15,183 nucleotides of DNA, from IMG/VR virus record IMGVR_UViG_2706794678_000013; one strand, written 5' to 3'. This stretch comes from a virus (taxonomy: Duplodnaviria; Heunggongvirae; Uroviricota; Caudoviricetes). Both the position numbers and the translations under genes were made by a program. Below the pieces are notes generated by a model. The model had not been told where the DNA came from, ran no database searches, and saw only the letters and a list, made by a program, of their open reading frames with translations. This document shows positions 8,996 to 15,183 of this stretch, piece after piece. Each line of letters starts with the position of its first letter. Within the stretch, counting starts at the first letter, position 1.

Positions 8996-9853
8996 ATGCT
9001 GTTTGTGCTTATTCTAAGCCACCGGGCAGCATCATACGGGGCAATTATGGCCGCATTACCATACATGCAACTGTACATAGCTGATTACCTGGCTGACACC
9101 ATGCATTTGTCAGCAGAGGAGCATGGTGCGTATTTGTTGCTGATGTTCAATTACTGGCAAACAGGAAAGCCAATACCTAAAAACAGGCTGGCAAAAATTG
9201 CCCGTCTGACTAACGAGCGATGGGCTGATGTTGAACCATCCTTGCAGGAGTTTTTTTGCGATAACGGCGAGGAATGGGTGCATCTTCGGATTGAGGAAGA
9301 TCTGGCATCAGTCAGGGAAAAATTAACCAAAAAATCAGCCGCAGGAAAAGCATCTGTTCAGGCCAGAAGAAGCAGAAAGGAAGCAGATGTTCAAACAAAA
9401 CAAGAGAGAAATTTAACAGGTGTTCAAACAGATGTTGAAGTGGTGTTTGAACATGATGTCAACACAAAGGCAACTAATAAAGATACAGATAAAGATCTAA
9501 AAACAGATCCCCCCCTAAATCCCCCCCGGGGGAATCGAGGTGTCAAAAAGTTTGACCCTCTGGATATTGCTTTGCCGAACTGGATTTCTGTCTCGCTTTG
9601 GCGTGAGTGGGTTGAATTTCGCCAGGCATTGCGAAAACCGATTCGAACGGAGCAGGGCGCTAACGGGGCGATACGGGAGCTGGAAAAATTCCGCCAGCAG
9701 GGTTTTTCACCTGAGCAGGTGATTCGACACAGCATCGCCAATGAATACCAGGGCTTGTTCGCGCCGAAAGGTGTTCGACCTGAGACGTTACTCCGACAGG
9801 TTAACACCGTCTCGTTACCGGATAGTGCGATCCCGCCAGGCTTCAGGGGGTAA
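8996..9853 (+). CDS. ydaU: YdaU (DUF1376) replication-initiation-associated protein, 285 aa
   Basis: Plus ORF from ATG 8996 (alternative ATG 9047); conserved N-terminal LPYMQLYIADYLADTMHLSAEEHGAYLLLMFNYW; immediately upstream of the DnaC-like gene. Confidence 0.85.
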   Translation: MLFVLILSHRAASYGAIMAALPYMQLYIADYLADTMHLSAEEHGAYLLLMFNYWQTGKPIPKNRLAKIARLTNERWADVEPSLQEFFCDNGEEWVHLRIEEDLASVREKLTKKSAAGKASVQARRSRKEADVQTKQERNLTGVQTDVEVVFEHDVNTKATNKDTDKDLKTDPPLNPPRGNRGVKKFDPLDIALPNWISVSLWREWVEFRQALRKPIRTEQGANGAIRELEKFRQQGFSPEQVIRHSIANEYQGLFAPKGVRPETLLRQVNTVSLPDSAIPPGFRG

Positions 9854-10148
9854 CTGACCATGAAAAATATTGCGACAGGCGACGTTCTTGAACGTATCCG
9901 CAGACTGGCCCCGTCACATGTAACCGCGCCATTCAAGACGGTAGCGGAGTGGCGCGAGTGGCAACTTTCCGAAGGCCAGAAACGTTGTGAGGAGATCAAC
10001 CGTCAGAATCGTCAGTTGCGGGTGGAAAAAATTCTGAATCGCTCTGGCATCCAGCCATTGCACCGCAAATGCTCGTTTTCGAATTACCAGGTGCAGAACG
10101 AAGCGCAGCGATACGCGTTGAGTCAGGCGAAATCCATCGCTGATGAAC
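9590..10148 (+). repeat. Repeat unit A: ydaU 3' end plus ydaV 5' end; diverged duplicate of 10691-11249 (offset 1101 bp)
   Basis: Collinear nucleotide and protein similarity to the second copy; about 6 differences in the first 60 nt of ydaV counted by eye. Confidence 0.8.
9860..10148 (+). CDS. ydaV: YdaV DnaC-like helicase loader, copy 1, 5' portion only (about 96 codons) before N-run
   Basis: ATG 9860, 6 nt after ydaU stop; MKNIATGDVLERIRRLAPSHVTAPFKTVAEWREWQLSEGQKRCEEINRQNRQLRVEKILNRSGIQPLHRKCSFSNYQVQNEAQRYALSQAKSIADE then Ns. Confidence 0.6.
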
Positions 10149-10398
10149 NNNNNNNNNNNNNNNNNNNNNNNNNNNNNNNNNNNNNNNNNNNNNNNNNNNN
10201 NNNNNNNNNNNNNNNNNNNNNNNNNNNNNNNNNNNNNNNNNNNNNNNNNNNNNNNNNNNNNNNNNNNNNNNNNNNNNNNNNNNNNNNNNNNNNNNNNNNN
10301 NNNNNNNNNNNNNNNNNNNNNNNNNNNNNNNNNNNNNNNNNNNNNNNNNNNNNNNNNNNNNNNNNNNNNNNNNNNNNNNNNNNNNNNNNNNNNNNNNN
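10149..10398. other. Run of 250 N (unresolved or masked bases) hiding the junction between ydaV copy 1 and a second ydaU-like segment
   Basis: Direct observation. Confidence 1.
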
Positions 10399-10954
10399 GC
10401 GTTAATTCAGGTTGGATGGCTGGTCGAAAATGACGGAGGGCTTTCTCTACCTAACTTTGAACGTCATAACGGAAAAAGCTCTAAAAAAAACGGGCGGTTA
10501 CAAACGAGCGAGTAACAAAAATACGCGAACTGAAACGAAAAGGTAACGCTGCCAGCGTTACACAAACGGATCAAAAAGCGTTACCAGAGGAAGAGGAAGA
10601 GGAAGATCTAAATACTGATCTCCCCCTCGCCAAAAACGAGCGTCTAAAAAATTCGAGCCGGAGGCTATTGAGCTGCCCGATTGGTTGCCGGAAACACTCT
10701 GGCATGAGTGGGTCCGGTTCAGACAGGCATTGCGAAAACCGATTCGAACGGAGCAGGGCGCTAACGGGGCGATACGGGAACTGGAAAAATTCCGTCAGCA
10801 GGGTTTTACACCTGAGCAGGTGATTCGACACAGCATCGCCAATGAATACCAGGGCCTGTTCGCGCCGAAAGGTGTTCGGCCTGAGACGTTGCTCCGACAG
10901 GTTAACACCGTCTCGTTGCCGGACAGTGCGATCCCGCCAGGCTTCAGGGGGTAA
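10399..10954 (+). pseudogene. Second, diverged ydaU-like 3' segment, 5'-truncated and interrupted by two apparent 1-nt frameshifts in poly-A runs
   Basis: Three consecutive frames must be joined to follow the ydaU-like protein: ...ENDGGLSLPNFERHNGKSSKK (stop 10513-10515) / RAVTNERVTKIRELKRKGNAASVTQTDQKALPEEEEEEDLNTDLPLAKNER / KKFEPEAIELPDWLPETLWHEWVRFRQALRKPIRTEQGANGAIRELEKFRQQGFTPEQVIRHSIANEYQGLFAPKGVRPETLLRQVNTVSLPDSAIPPGFRG; shifts coincide with A8 (10483-10490) and A6 (10646-10651). Confidence 0.5.
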
Positions 10955-11256
10955 CGGACCATGAAAAATATTGCGACAGGCGGCGTTCTGGAACGCATCC
11001 GCCGACTGACCCCGCCACATGTAACCGCCCCATTCAGAACGGTAGCGGAGTGGCGCGAGTGGCAACTTGCTGAAGGCCAGAAACGTAGCGAGGAGATCAA
11101 CCGCCTGAATCGCCAGTTGCGGGTGGAAAAAATTCTGAATCGCTCAGGCATCCAGCCGTTGCACCGTAAATGCTCGTTTGCGAATTACCAGGTGCAGAAC
11201 GACGGCCAGCGATACGCGTTAAGCCAGGCGAAATCCATCGCCGATGAACTGATGAC
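10691..11256 (+). repeat. Repeat unit B: second copy of ydaU 3' end plus ydaV 5' end; its last 225 bp (11032-11256) are identical to 11511-11735
   Basis: Direct comparison of the sequence on both sides of the N-run 11257-11510. Confidence 0.85.
10961..11256 (+). CDS. ydaV: YdaV DnaC-like helicase loader, copy 2, 5' portion before N-run (may be the same gene as 11511-12186 if the N-run is a scaffolding gap)
   Basis: ATG 10961; MKNIATGGVLERIRRLTPPHVTAPFRTVAEWREWQLAEGQKRSEEINRLNRQLRVEKILNRSGIQPLHRKCSFANYQVQNDGQRYALSQAKSIADELM then Ns. Confidence 0.55.
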
Positions 11257-11510
11257 NNNNNNNNNNNNNNNNNNNNNNNNNNNNNNNNNNNNNNNNNNNN
11301 NNNNNNNNNNNNNNNNNNNNNNNNNNNNNNNNNNNNNNNNNNNNNNNNNNNNNNNNNNNNNNNNNNNNNNNNNNNNNNNNNNNNNNNNNNNNNNNNNNNN
11401 NNNNNNNNNNNNNNNNNNNNNNNNNNNNNNNNNNNNNNNNNNNNNNNNNNNNNNNNNNNNNNNNNNNNNNNNNNNNNNNNNNNNNNNNNNNNNNNNNNNN
11501 NNNNNNNNNN
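11257..11510. other. Run of 254 N flanked by identical 225-bp sequence on both sides
   Basis: Direct observation. Confidence 1.
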
Positions 11511-12186
11511 ATTCAGAACGGTAGCGGAGTGGCGCGAGTGGCAACTTGCTGAAGGCCAGAAACGTAGCGAGGAGATCAACCGCCTGAATCGCCAGTTGCG
11601 GGTGGAAAAAATTCTGAATCGCTCAGGCATCCAGCCGTTGCACCGTAAATGCTCGTTTGCGAATTACCAGGTGCAGAACGACGGCCAGCGATACGCGTTA
11701 AGCCAGGCGAAATCCATCGCCGATGAACTGATGACCGGGTGTACAAATTTTGCGTTCAGCGGAAAACCTGGTACCGGGAAGAATCACTTAGCGGCAGCTA
11801 TCGGGAATCGCCTGCTGAAAGACGGTCAGACAGTGATTGTGGTTACCGTGGCTGATGTTATGAGTGCCCTGCACGCCAGCTATGACGATGGGCAGTCAGG
11901 CGAAAAATTTTTGCGGGAACTATGCGAAGTGGATCTGCTGGTTCTTGATGAAATTGGCATTCAGCGCGAGACGAAAAACGAGCAGGTGGTGCTGCACCAG
12001 ATTGTTGATCGCCGGACAGCGTCGATGCGCAGCGTGGGGATGCTGACAAACCTGAACTATGAGGTGATGAAAACATTGCTCGGCGAGCGGGTGATGGATC
12101 GCATGGTCATGAACGGCGGGCGCTGGGTGAATTTTAACTGGGAGAGCTGGCGTCCGAATGTTAGCCATTCGAGGGTTGTTAAGTAG
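11511..12186 (+). CDS. ydaV: YdaV DnaC-like AAA+ helicase loader, 3' portion from about codon 25 to stop (Walker A and B present)
   Basis: Frame FRTVAEWREWQ... continuing through Walker A GKPGTGKNHLAAAIG and Walker B LLVLDEIG to stop TAG 12184-12186; no start codon visible because sequence begins at N-run. Confidence 0.75.
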
Positions 12187-12200
12187 TTTCAGGAGGATTT

Positions 12201-12623
12201 ATGGCGAAACCTTTTACTCCCGAACAGCGGGAAGAACTGAAGACGCGAATTGTGGAACTCGTGCATCAGGACGGTCGGGTCACGATTCGGCAGTTGTCAG
12301 ATGAAACAGGTATCAGTCGTGCGTCTGTCGGTCGCTTATGCATAGAACTGGTCGCAAGTGGTGATGTATATAATTCTGGCTACGGCTTATTCCCGTCTGA
12401 ACAGGCTCGCAAGGACTGGCAAAGCGCCCGCAAAAAACTCTCGAGAGTAAAGGTGAGGAAACCGGTTGTTGTTGATCCGGACCTTATCTGGTCATTACCT
12501 GACGGAGAAATACGCCGCTACGACAGGCGCCTGAATATAATCTGTCGCGAGTGCCGGAAGAGCGAAGCTATGCAGCGTGTACTGGCTTTCTATCAGGGTA
12601 ATTTTCAGGAGGCGATACTGTGA
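12201..12623 (+). CDS. Ren-like protein (homologue of phage lambda Ren, winged-helix N-terminus), 140 aa
   Basis: ATG 12201 with AGGAGG RBS; C-terminal ICRECRKSEAMQRVLAFY resembles lambda Ren ...KECRQSAAMKRVLAVY as I recall it; position directly after the helicase-loader gene matches lambda ren. Confidence 0.7.
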   Translation: MAKPFTPEQREELKTRIVELVHQDGRVTIRQLSDETGISRASVGRLCIELVASGDVYNSGYGLFPSEQARKDWQSARKKLSRVKVRKPVVVDPDLIWSLPDGEIRRYDRRLNIICRECRKSEAMQRVLAFYQGNFQEAIL

Positions 12624-13037
12624 ATGAAATTAGCTATCAGGCTTCAATTACCGCTGGCATTCGCATCAAAGGAGAGGAGCATGGAAATAAAACCAGAAGA
12701 TGAGTTAAGCAATATCGTTTTATTTCCGGTAAAAGAGGATGACCCTCGTAATCAGGTTAATTTTCTTTATGAGCCATCGGAAAGACCATATTGCCATCAC
12801 GCCTCTGTACGGGTTGACGAAAAAGAGCGTCAGGTCCGCTGTAAAATCTGCGGTGCGGTTGTGGAGCCGTTTGACTGGATGCTCTCTGTGGCAAAAAGAG
12901 AAACCAGACTGGCAGATGATGTAAGGCTATTGCGCCAGGAGGAACAGGAAAGGCGGAGAAATATAGAAAAGCTGATACAGATTGAGCGTAACGCGAAAGC
13001 GCGGATACGCAGGGCGACAAAATCCAGAACTGAATAA
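12624..13037 (+). CDS. Hypothetical protein with Cys/His cluster (CHH...CKIC, zinc-ribbon-like) and basic coiled-coil tail; 137 aa (alternative start 12681 gives 118 aa)
   Basis: ATG 12624 directly follows the Ren-like stop with AGGAGG 11 nt upstream; internal ATG 12681 also has an AGGAG RBS. No family recognised. Confidence 0.6.
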   Translation: MKLAIRLQLPLAFASKERSMEIKPEDELSNIVLFPVKEDDPRNQVNFLYEPSERPYCHHASVRVDEKERQVRCKICGAVVEPFDWMLSVAKRETRLADDVRLLRQEEQERRRNIEKLIQIERNAKARIRRATKSRTE

Positions 13038-13184
13038 TTAAATTTAGCACTGTTAAAAATTTAATCCTTAACCGGAGGGATTTCTGCACCCTCAAATCAT
13101 CAGGAGACCACCCGAAAGGGCGGGGAGCAGTCACACATCTGTTTCCGATAGCCCCGTTCTAATGCTACACTCTTTGATATTTTT

Positions 13185-13871
13185 ATGACCCCAATAAACA
13201 TATTTATGACAGTTGCTGATTTCAAACGGCCCAAATTGGAGCTCCCAAACGGGGCAAACAAACTACTACTGCACTCTTGCTGTGCTCCATGTTCCGGTGA
13301 GGTGATGGAGGCGCTTCAGGCCTCGGGAATCGACTACACCATCTTTTTCTACAACCCGAACATTCATCCTCAGAAAGAGTATTTAATTCGTAAGGATGAG
13401 AATATTCGCTTTGCTGAACAACACGGCGTGCCGTTTATTGATGCTGATTACGACACAGACAACTGGTTTGAACGAGCCAAAGGAATGGAATGGGAGCCCG
13501 AACGAGGGATCCGTTGCACCATGTGTTTTGACATGCGTTTTGAGCGGACAGCGCTGTACGCCGCTGAAAATGGTTTCAGTGTGATCAGCAGTTCACTGGG
13601 CATTTCACGCTGGAAAAATATGCAGCAGGTTAACGACTGTGGGCGGCGAGCCGTCGCGCATTATCCGGGCATGGTGTACTGGGATTATAACTGGCGCAAG
13701 CAGGGCGGCTCGTCCCGTATGATTGAAATCAGCAAGCGCGAAAAATTCTATCAGCAGGAATATTGTGGCTGTGTGTATTCTCTGCGCGATACCAATCTAC
13801 ACCGCAAATCTCAGGGACGCCCTCTTATCAAAATTGGTCAACTCCACTACGGTAAAGAAGAGAAGGAGTGA
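13185..13871 (+). CDS. queH: QueH-family (DUF208) epoxyqueuosine reductase homologue, 228 aa
   Basis: Motifs read directly: [11 protein letters not shown] near N-terminus, [22 protein letters not shown], and EYCGCVYS near C-terminus, collinear with QueH/DUF208 proteins as I recall them. Start may be 13185 or 13206; no clear RBS for either. Confidence 0.8.
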   Translation: MTPINIFMTVADFKRPKLELPNGANKLLLHSCCAPCSGEVMEALQASGIDYTIFFYNPNIHPQKEYLIRKDENIRFAEQHGVPFIDADYDTDNWFERAKGMEWEPERGIRCTMCFDMRFERTALYAAENGFSVISSSLGISRWKNMQQVNDCGRRAVAHYPGMVYWDYNWRKQGGSSRMIEISKREKFYQQEYCGCVYSLRDTNLHRKSQGRPLIKIGQLHYGKEEKE

Positions 13872-13892
13872 TTTTATGGGGCACCTTTCTGA

Positions 13893-13922
13893 TTGATTTC
13901 ATATTGGCGAGGTAAGTAGAAT
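13893..13922 (+). promoter_or_regulatory. Putative sigma70 promoter of the hok-like mRNA
   Basis: TTGATT (13893-13898), 18-nt spacer, TAGAAT (13917-13922); predicted +1 near 13929 where the GC-rich tac-like 5' element GCGGGTGCTTGAGGC begins. Confidence 0.4.
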
Positions 13923-13984
13923 GACTGCGGGTGCTTGAGGCTATCTGCTTCAGGCATGAACACCAAAAGGCAGATAGAGAAAAG

Positions 13985-14050
13985 CCCCAGTTAACATTAC
14001 GCGTCCGGCAAGACGCTTAACATTAATCTGAGGCCAATTTCATGCTTTGC
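13985..14050 (-). ncRNA. sok: Predicted Sok-like antisense RNA (antitoxin of the hok module); coordinates approximate
   Basis: By analogy with hok/sok of plasmid R1: minus-strand promoter-like TTGCCT (complement of 14081-14086), 17-nt spacer, TAACCT (complement of 14057-14062), giving an antisense transcript complementary to the mok leader and start. Not directly demonstrable from sequence. Confidence 0.3.
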
Positions 14051-14254
14051 ACATGTAGGTTAGCCTCTTACATGCCGAAAGGCAAGGAGAAGCAGGCTAT
14101 GAAGCAGCAAAAGGCGATGTTAATCGCCCTGATCGTCATCTGTTTAACCGTCATAGTGACGGCACTGGTAACGAGGAAAGACCTCTGTGAGGTACGAATC
14201 CGAACCGGCCAGACGGAGGTCGCTGTCTTCGTAGACTACGAATCCAGGAAGTAA
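14042..14254 (+). CDS. mok: Mok-like in-frame upstream reading frame of the hok module, 70 aa
   Basis: ATG 14042 in frame with hok; N-terminal extension MLCTCRLASYMPKGKEKQA resembles remembered MokC (MLNTCRVPLTDRKVKEKRA...). Confidence 0.5.
   Translation: MLCTCRLASYMPKGKEKQAMKQQKAMLIALIVICLTVIVTALVTRKDLCEVRIRTGQTEVAVFVDYESRK
14099..14254 (+). CDS. hok: Hok/Gef-family type I toxin (HokD/RelF-like), 51 aa single-TM peptide
   Basis: MKQQKAMLIALIVICLTVIVTALVTRKDLCEVRIRTGQTEVAVFVDYESRK; AAGGAG RBS 9 nt upstream; near-identical over the first 45 aa to remembered HokD and HokC, divergent C-terminus. Confidence 0.85.
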   Translation: MKQQKAMLIALIVICLTVIVTALVTRKDLCEVRIRTGQTEVAVFVDYESRK

Positions 14255-14331
14255 GAGTGACCGGGCGGGGAGCTGATCCCATCCCCGCCCACCTCTGATG
14301 TGTCAGGCATCCTCAACGCACCCGCACTTAA

Positions 14332-14376
14332 CCCGCCCATCGCTGTGATCTCTCAGCGTTTCGGCGGGTTTTTTGT
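14332..14376 (+). terminator. Rho-independent terminator at the 3' end of the hok mRNA
   Basis: CCCGCC (14332-14337) ... GGCGGG (14363-14368) stem followed by TTTTTTG; preceded by a second GC hairpin (14263-14290) and the fbi-like element 14311-14325. Confidence 0.55.
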
Positions 14377-14394
14377 TGTTTATTTCCGGTGAAT

Positions 14395-14422
14395 TTGATT
14401 CGCGCACCTTCGCAGATAGAAT
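14395..14422 (+). promoter_or_regulatory. Putative sigma70 promoter for the downstream nin-like genes
   Basis: TTGATT (14395-14400), 16-nt spacer, TAGAAT (14417-14422); same hexamers as the hok promoter. Confidence 0.35.
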
Positions 14423-14503
14423 CGACTCACTTAAGTAGCGCGCAGGGAGAAGAGGGATGGACCCCGAACAGGGGAGAGCTATTTATCTGGAAGGATTCTG
14501 AAG

Positions 14504-14791
14504 ATGAAAATCGAAGAATTGCGTGAAATTTTTAGTGAAAATGGCCTCTATGCTGTGCGCGTTGAGAATGGAGCGATTGTCAGCCATTGCCGCATTAGAT
14601 GTTTGCAATCTCAACAAAGGAAGAGCGGTGCTGTGTTATTTTATTTTTGTAATGGACTTCTGACGGACGGTTTTATTTTGCGTGAGGACGAATTTGTCAC
14701 ATCATTACGGGTTTTGAAAGAGATTGGTTTTAAGGCTGGTTTTCTGCTTTTGCTGAAGAATAAACTCATCTACAATCTTGAGCAGGATTGA
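14504..14791 (+). CDS. Hypothetical protein, 95 aa
   Basis: ATG 14504 with GGAAGGA RBS 8 nt upstream; no family recognised. Confidence 0.55.
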   Translation: MKIEELREIFSENGLYAVRVENGAIVSHCRIRCLQSQQRKSGAVLFYFCNGLLTDGFILREDEFVTSLRVLKEIGFKAGFLLLLKNKLIYNLEQD

Positions 14792-14829
14792 ACTCCTGCT
14801 GTGTAACACCGTGCCACCGGAGAAAGCCG

Positions 14830-15183
14830 ATGGCACATATACAACTGGTCAAACAAACCTCTTCCGGATTACTTCTCCCGGCGACGCCGGAGAGTTGCGA
14901 TTTTCTGCATCAAATCAAAATAGGTGAGTGGATACACGCAGACTTTAAGCGTGTGTGTAACTACGCATTCCACAAGCGTTTTTTCAAACTCCTGCAACTG
15001 GGTTTCGATTACTGGACTCCGGTCGGTGGGGCGATCACGCCTCGCGAACGAAAACTGGTGTCCGGTTTCGTTGATTACCTGTGTGAATCAGTAGGCCGGG
15101 AACATACGCCAGCTCTGAGCGAAGCCGCAGAGCAATTGAGGTGTACTGGCAATAGCGGACACTACCATTTGTTCTTTTTTTAA
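14830..15183 (+). CDS. Lambdoid nin-region protein (possibly DUF1367-like), 117 aa as read; stop codon is the last three bases of the window
   Basis: ATG 14830 with GGAGAAAG RBS; MAHIQLVKQTSSGLLLPATPESCDFLHQIKIGEWIHADFKRVCNYAFHKRFFKLLQLGFDYWTP... resembles prophage proteins I recall; family name uncertain. Track ORF start at 14788 is a TTG codon. Confidence 0.55.
   Translation: MAHIQLVKQTSSGLLLPATPESCDFLHQIKIGEWIHADFKRVCNYAFHKRFFKLLQLGFDYWTPVGGAITPRERKLVSGFVDYLCESVGREHTPALSEAAEQLRCTGNSGHYHLFFF

Noticed and set aside
9424-11630. Minus-strand ORFs antisense to ydaU and ydaV copies (9424-9999, 10571-11065, 10795-11151, 11097-11630, 11185-11544)
   Set aside because: Antisense to well-supported coding sequence or run through Ns; typical open antisense frames in GC-rich genes.
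11858-12168. Short ORFs on both strands inside ydaV (11858-12076, 11864-12046, 11920-12168)
   Set aside because: Embedded in the DnaC-like gene, which has Walker A and B motifs in the called frame.
12739-13134. ORFs 12739-12924 (plus) and 12757-13134 (minus)
   Set aside because: Overlap the 12624-13037 gene in other frames; no RBS.
13143-13171. Possible weak promoter TTCCGA-17-TACACT immediately upstream of queH
   Set aside because: Both hexamers match consensus poorly; queH may instead be co-transcribed from the upstream Ren-like operon. Left out of the feature list.
14788-14829. TTG start at 14788 for the last ORF
   Set aside because: ATG 14830 has a good RBS; the TTG start would overlap the preceding gene without support.
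1-15183. Looked for tRNA, rRNA, CRISPR arrays, IS elements and transposases
   Set aside because: No short direct-repeat/spacer array, no transposase-like ORF, no terminal inverted repeats and no tRNA-like cloverleaf region were seen by eye; tRNAscan or a CRISPR finder would be needed to exclude small elements.

Overview
This window reads as a slice of a Rac-like lambdoid prophage of Escherichia/Shigella, running from the integrase stop codon at base 1 rightwards into the start of the nin-like region. All family assignments come from reading the translated ORFs and from memory of the families; no database search was run. Order: intR and xisR (minus strand); a masked stretch hiding most of ralR and the 5' end of an rcbA-like gene; recT and recE; racC, ydaE and kilR (all minus); sieB (plus); ydaF and ydaG (minus); the racR repressor (minus) flanked on both sides by regions carrying a shared ATGTAC motif; then rightward ydaS, ydaT, ydaU and a DnaC-like ydaV. 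The ydaU-3'/ydaV-5' segment occurs three times, with the joins hidden in two N-runs and two homopolymer frameshifts in the second ydaU-like copy, so this part is either a real rearrangement or an assembly problem. Downstream lie a lambda Ren-like gene, an unknown Cys/His-cluster protein, and the two most interesting accessory genes: a QueH-family (DUF208) epoxyqueuosine reductase and a complete hok/mok/sok-type type I toxin module. Two further ORFs follow to the window edge. Four N-runs (1658-1967, 5322-5580, 10149-10398, 11257-11510) hide gene ends and junctions. I saw no rRNA, tRNA, CRISPR array or IS element.
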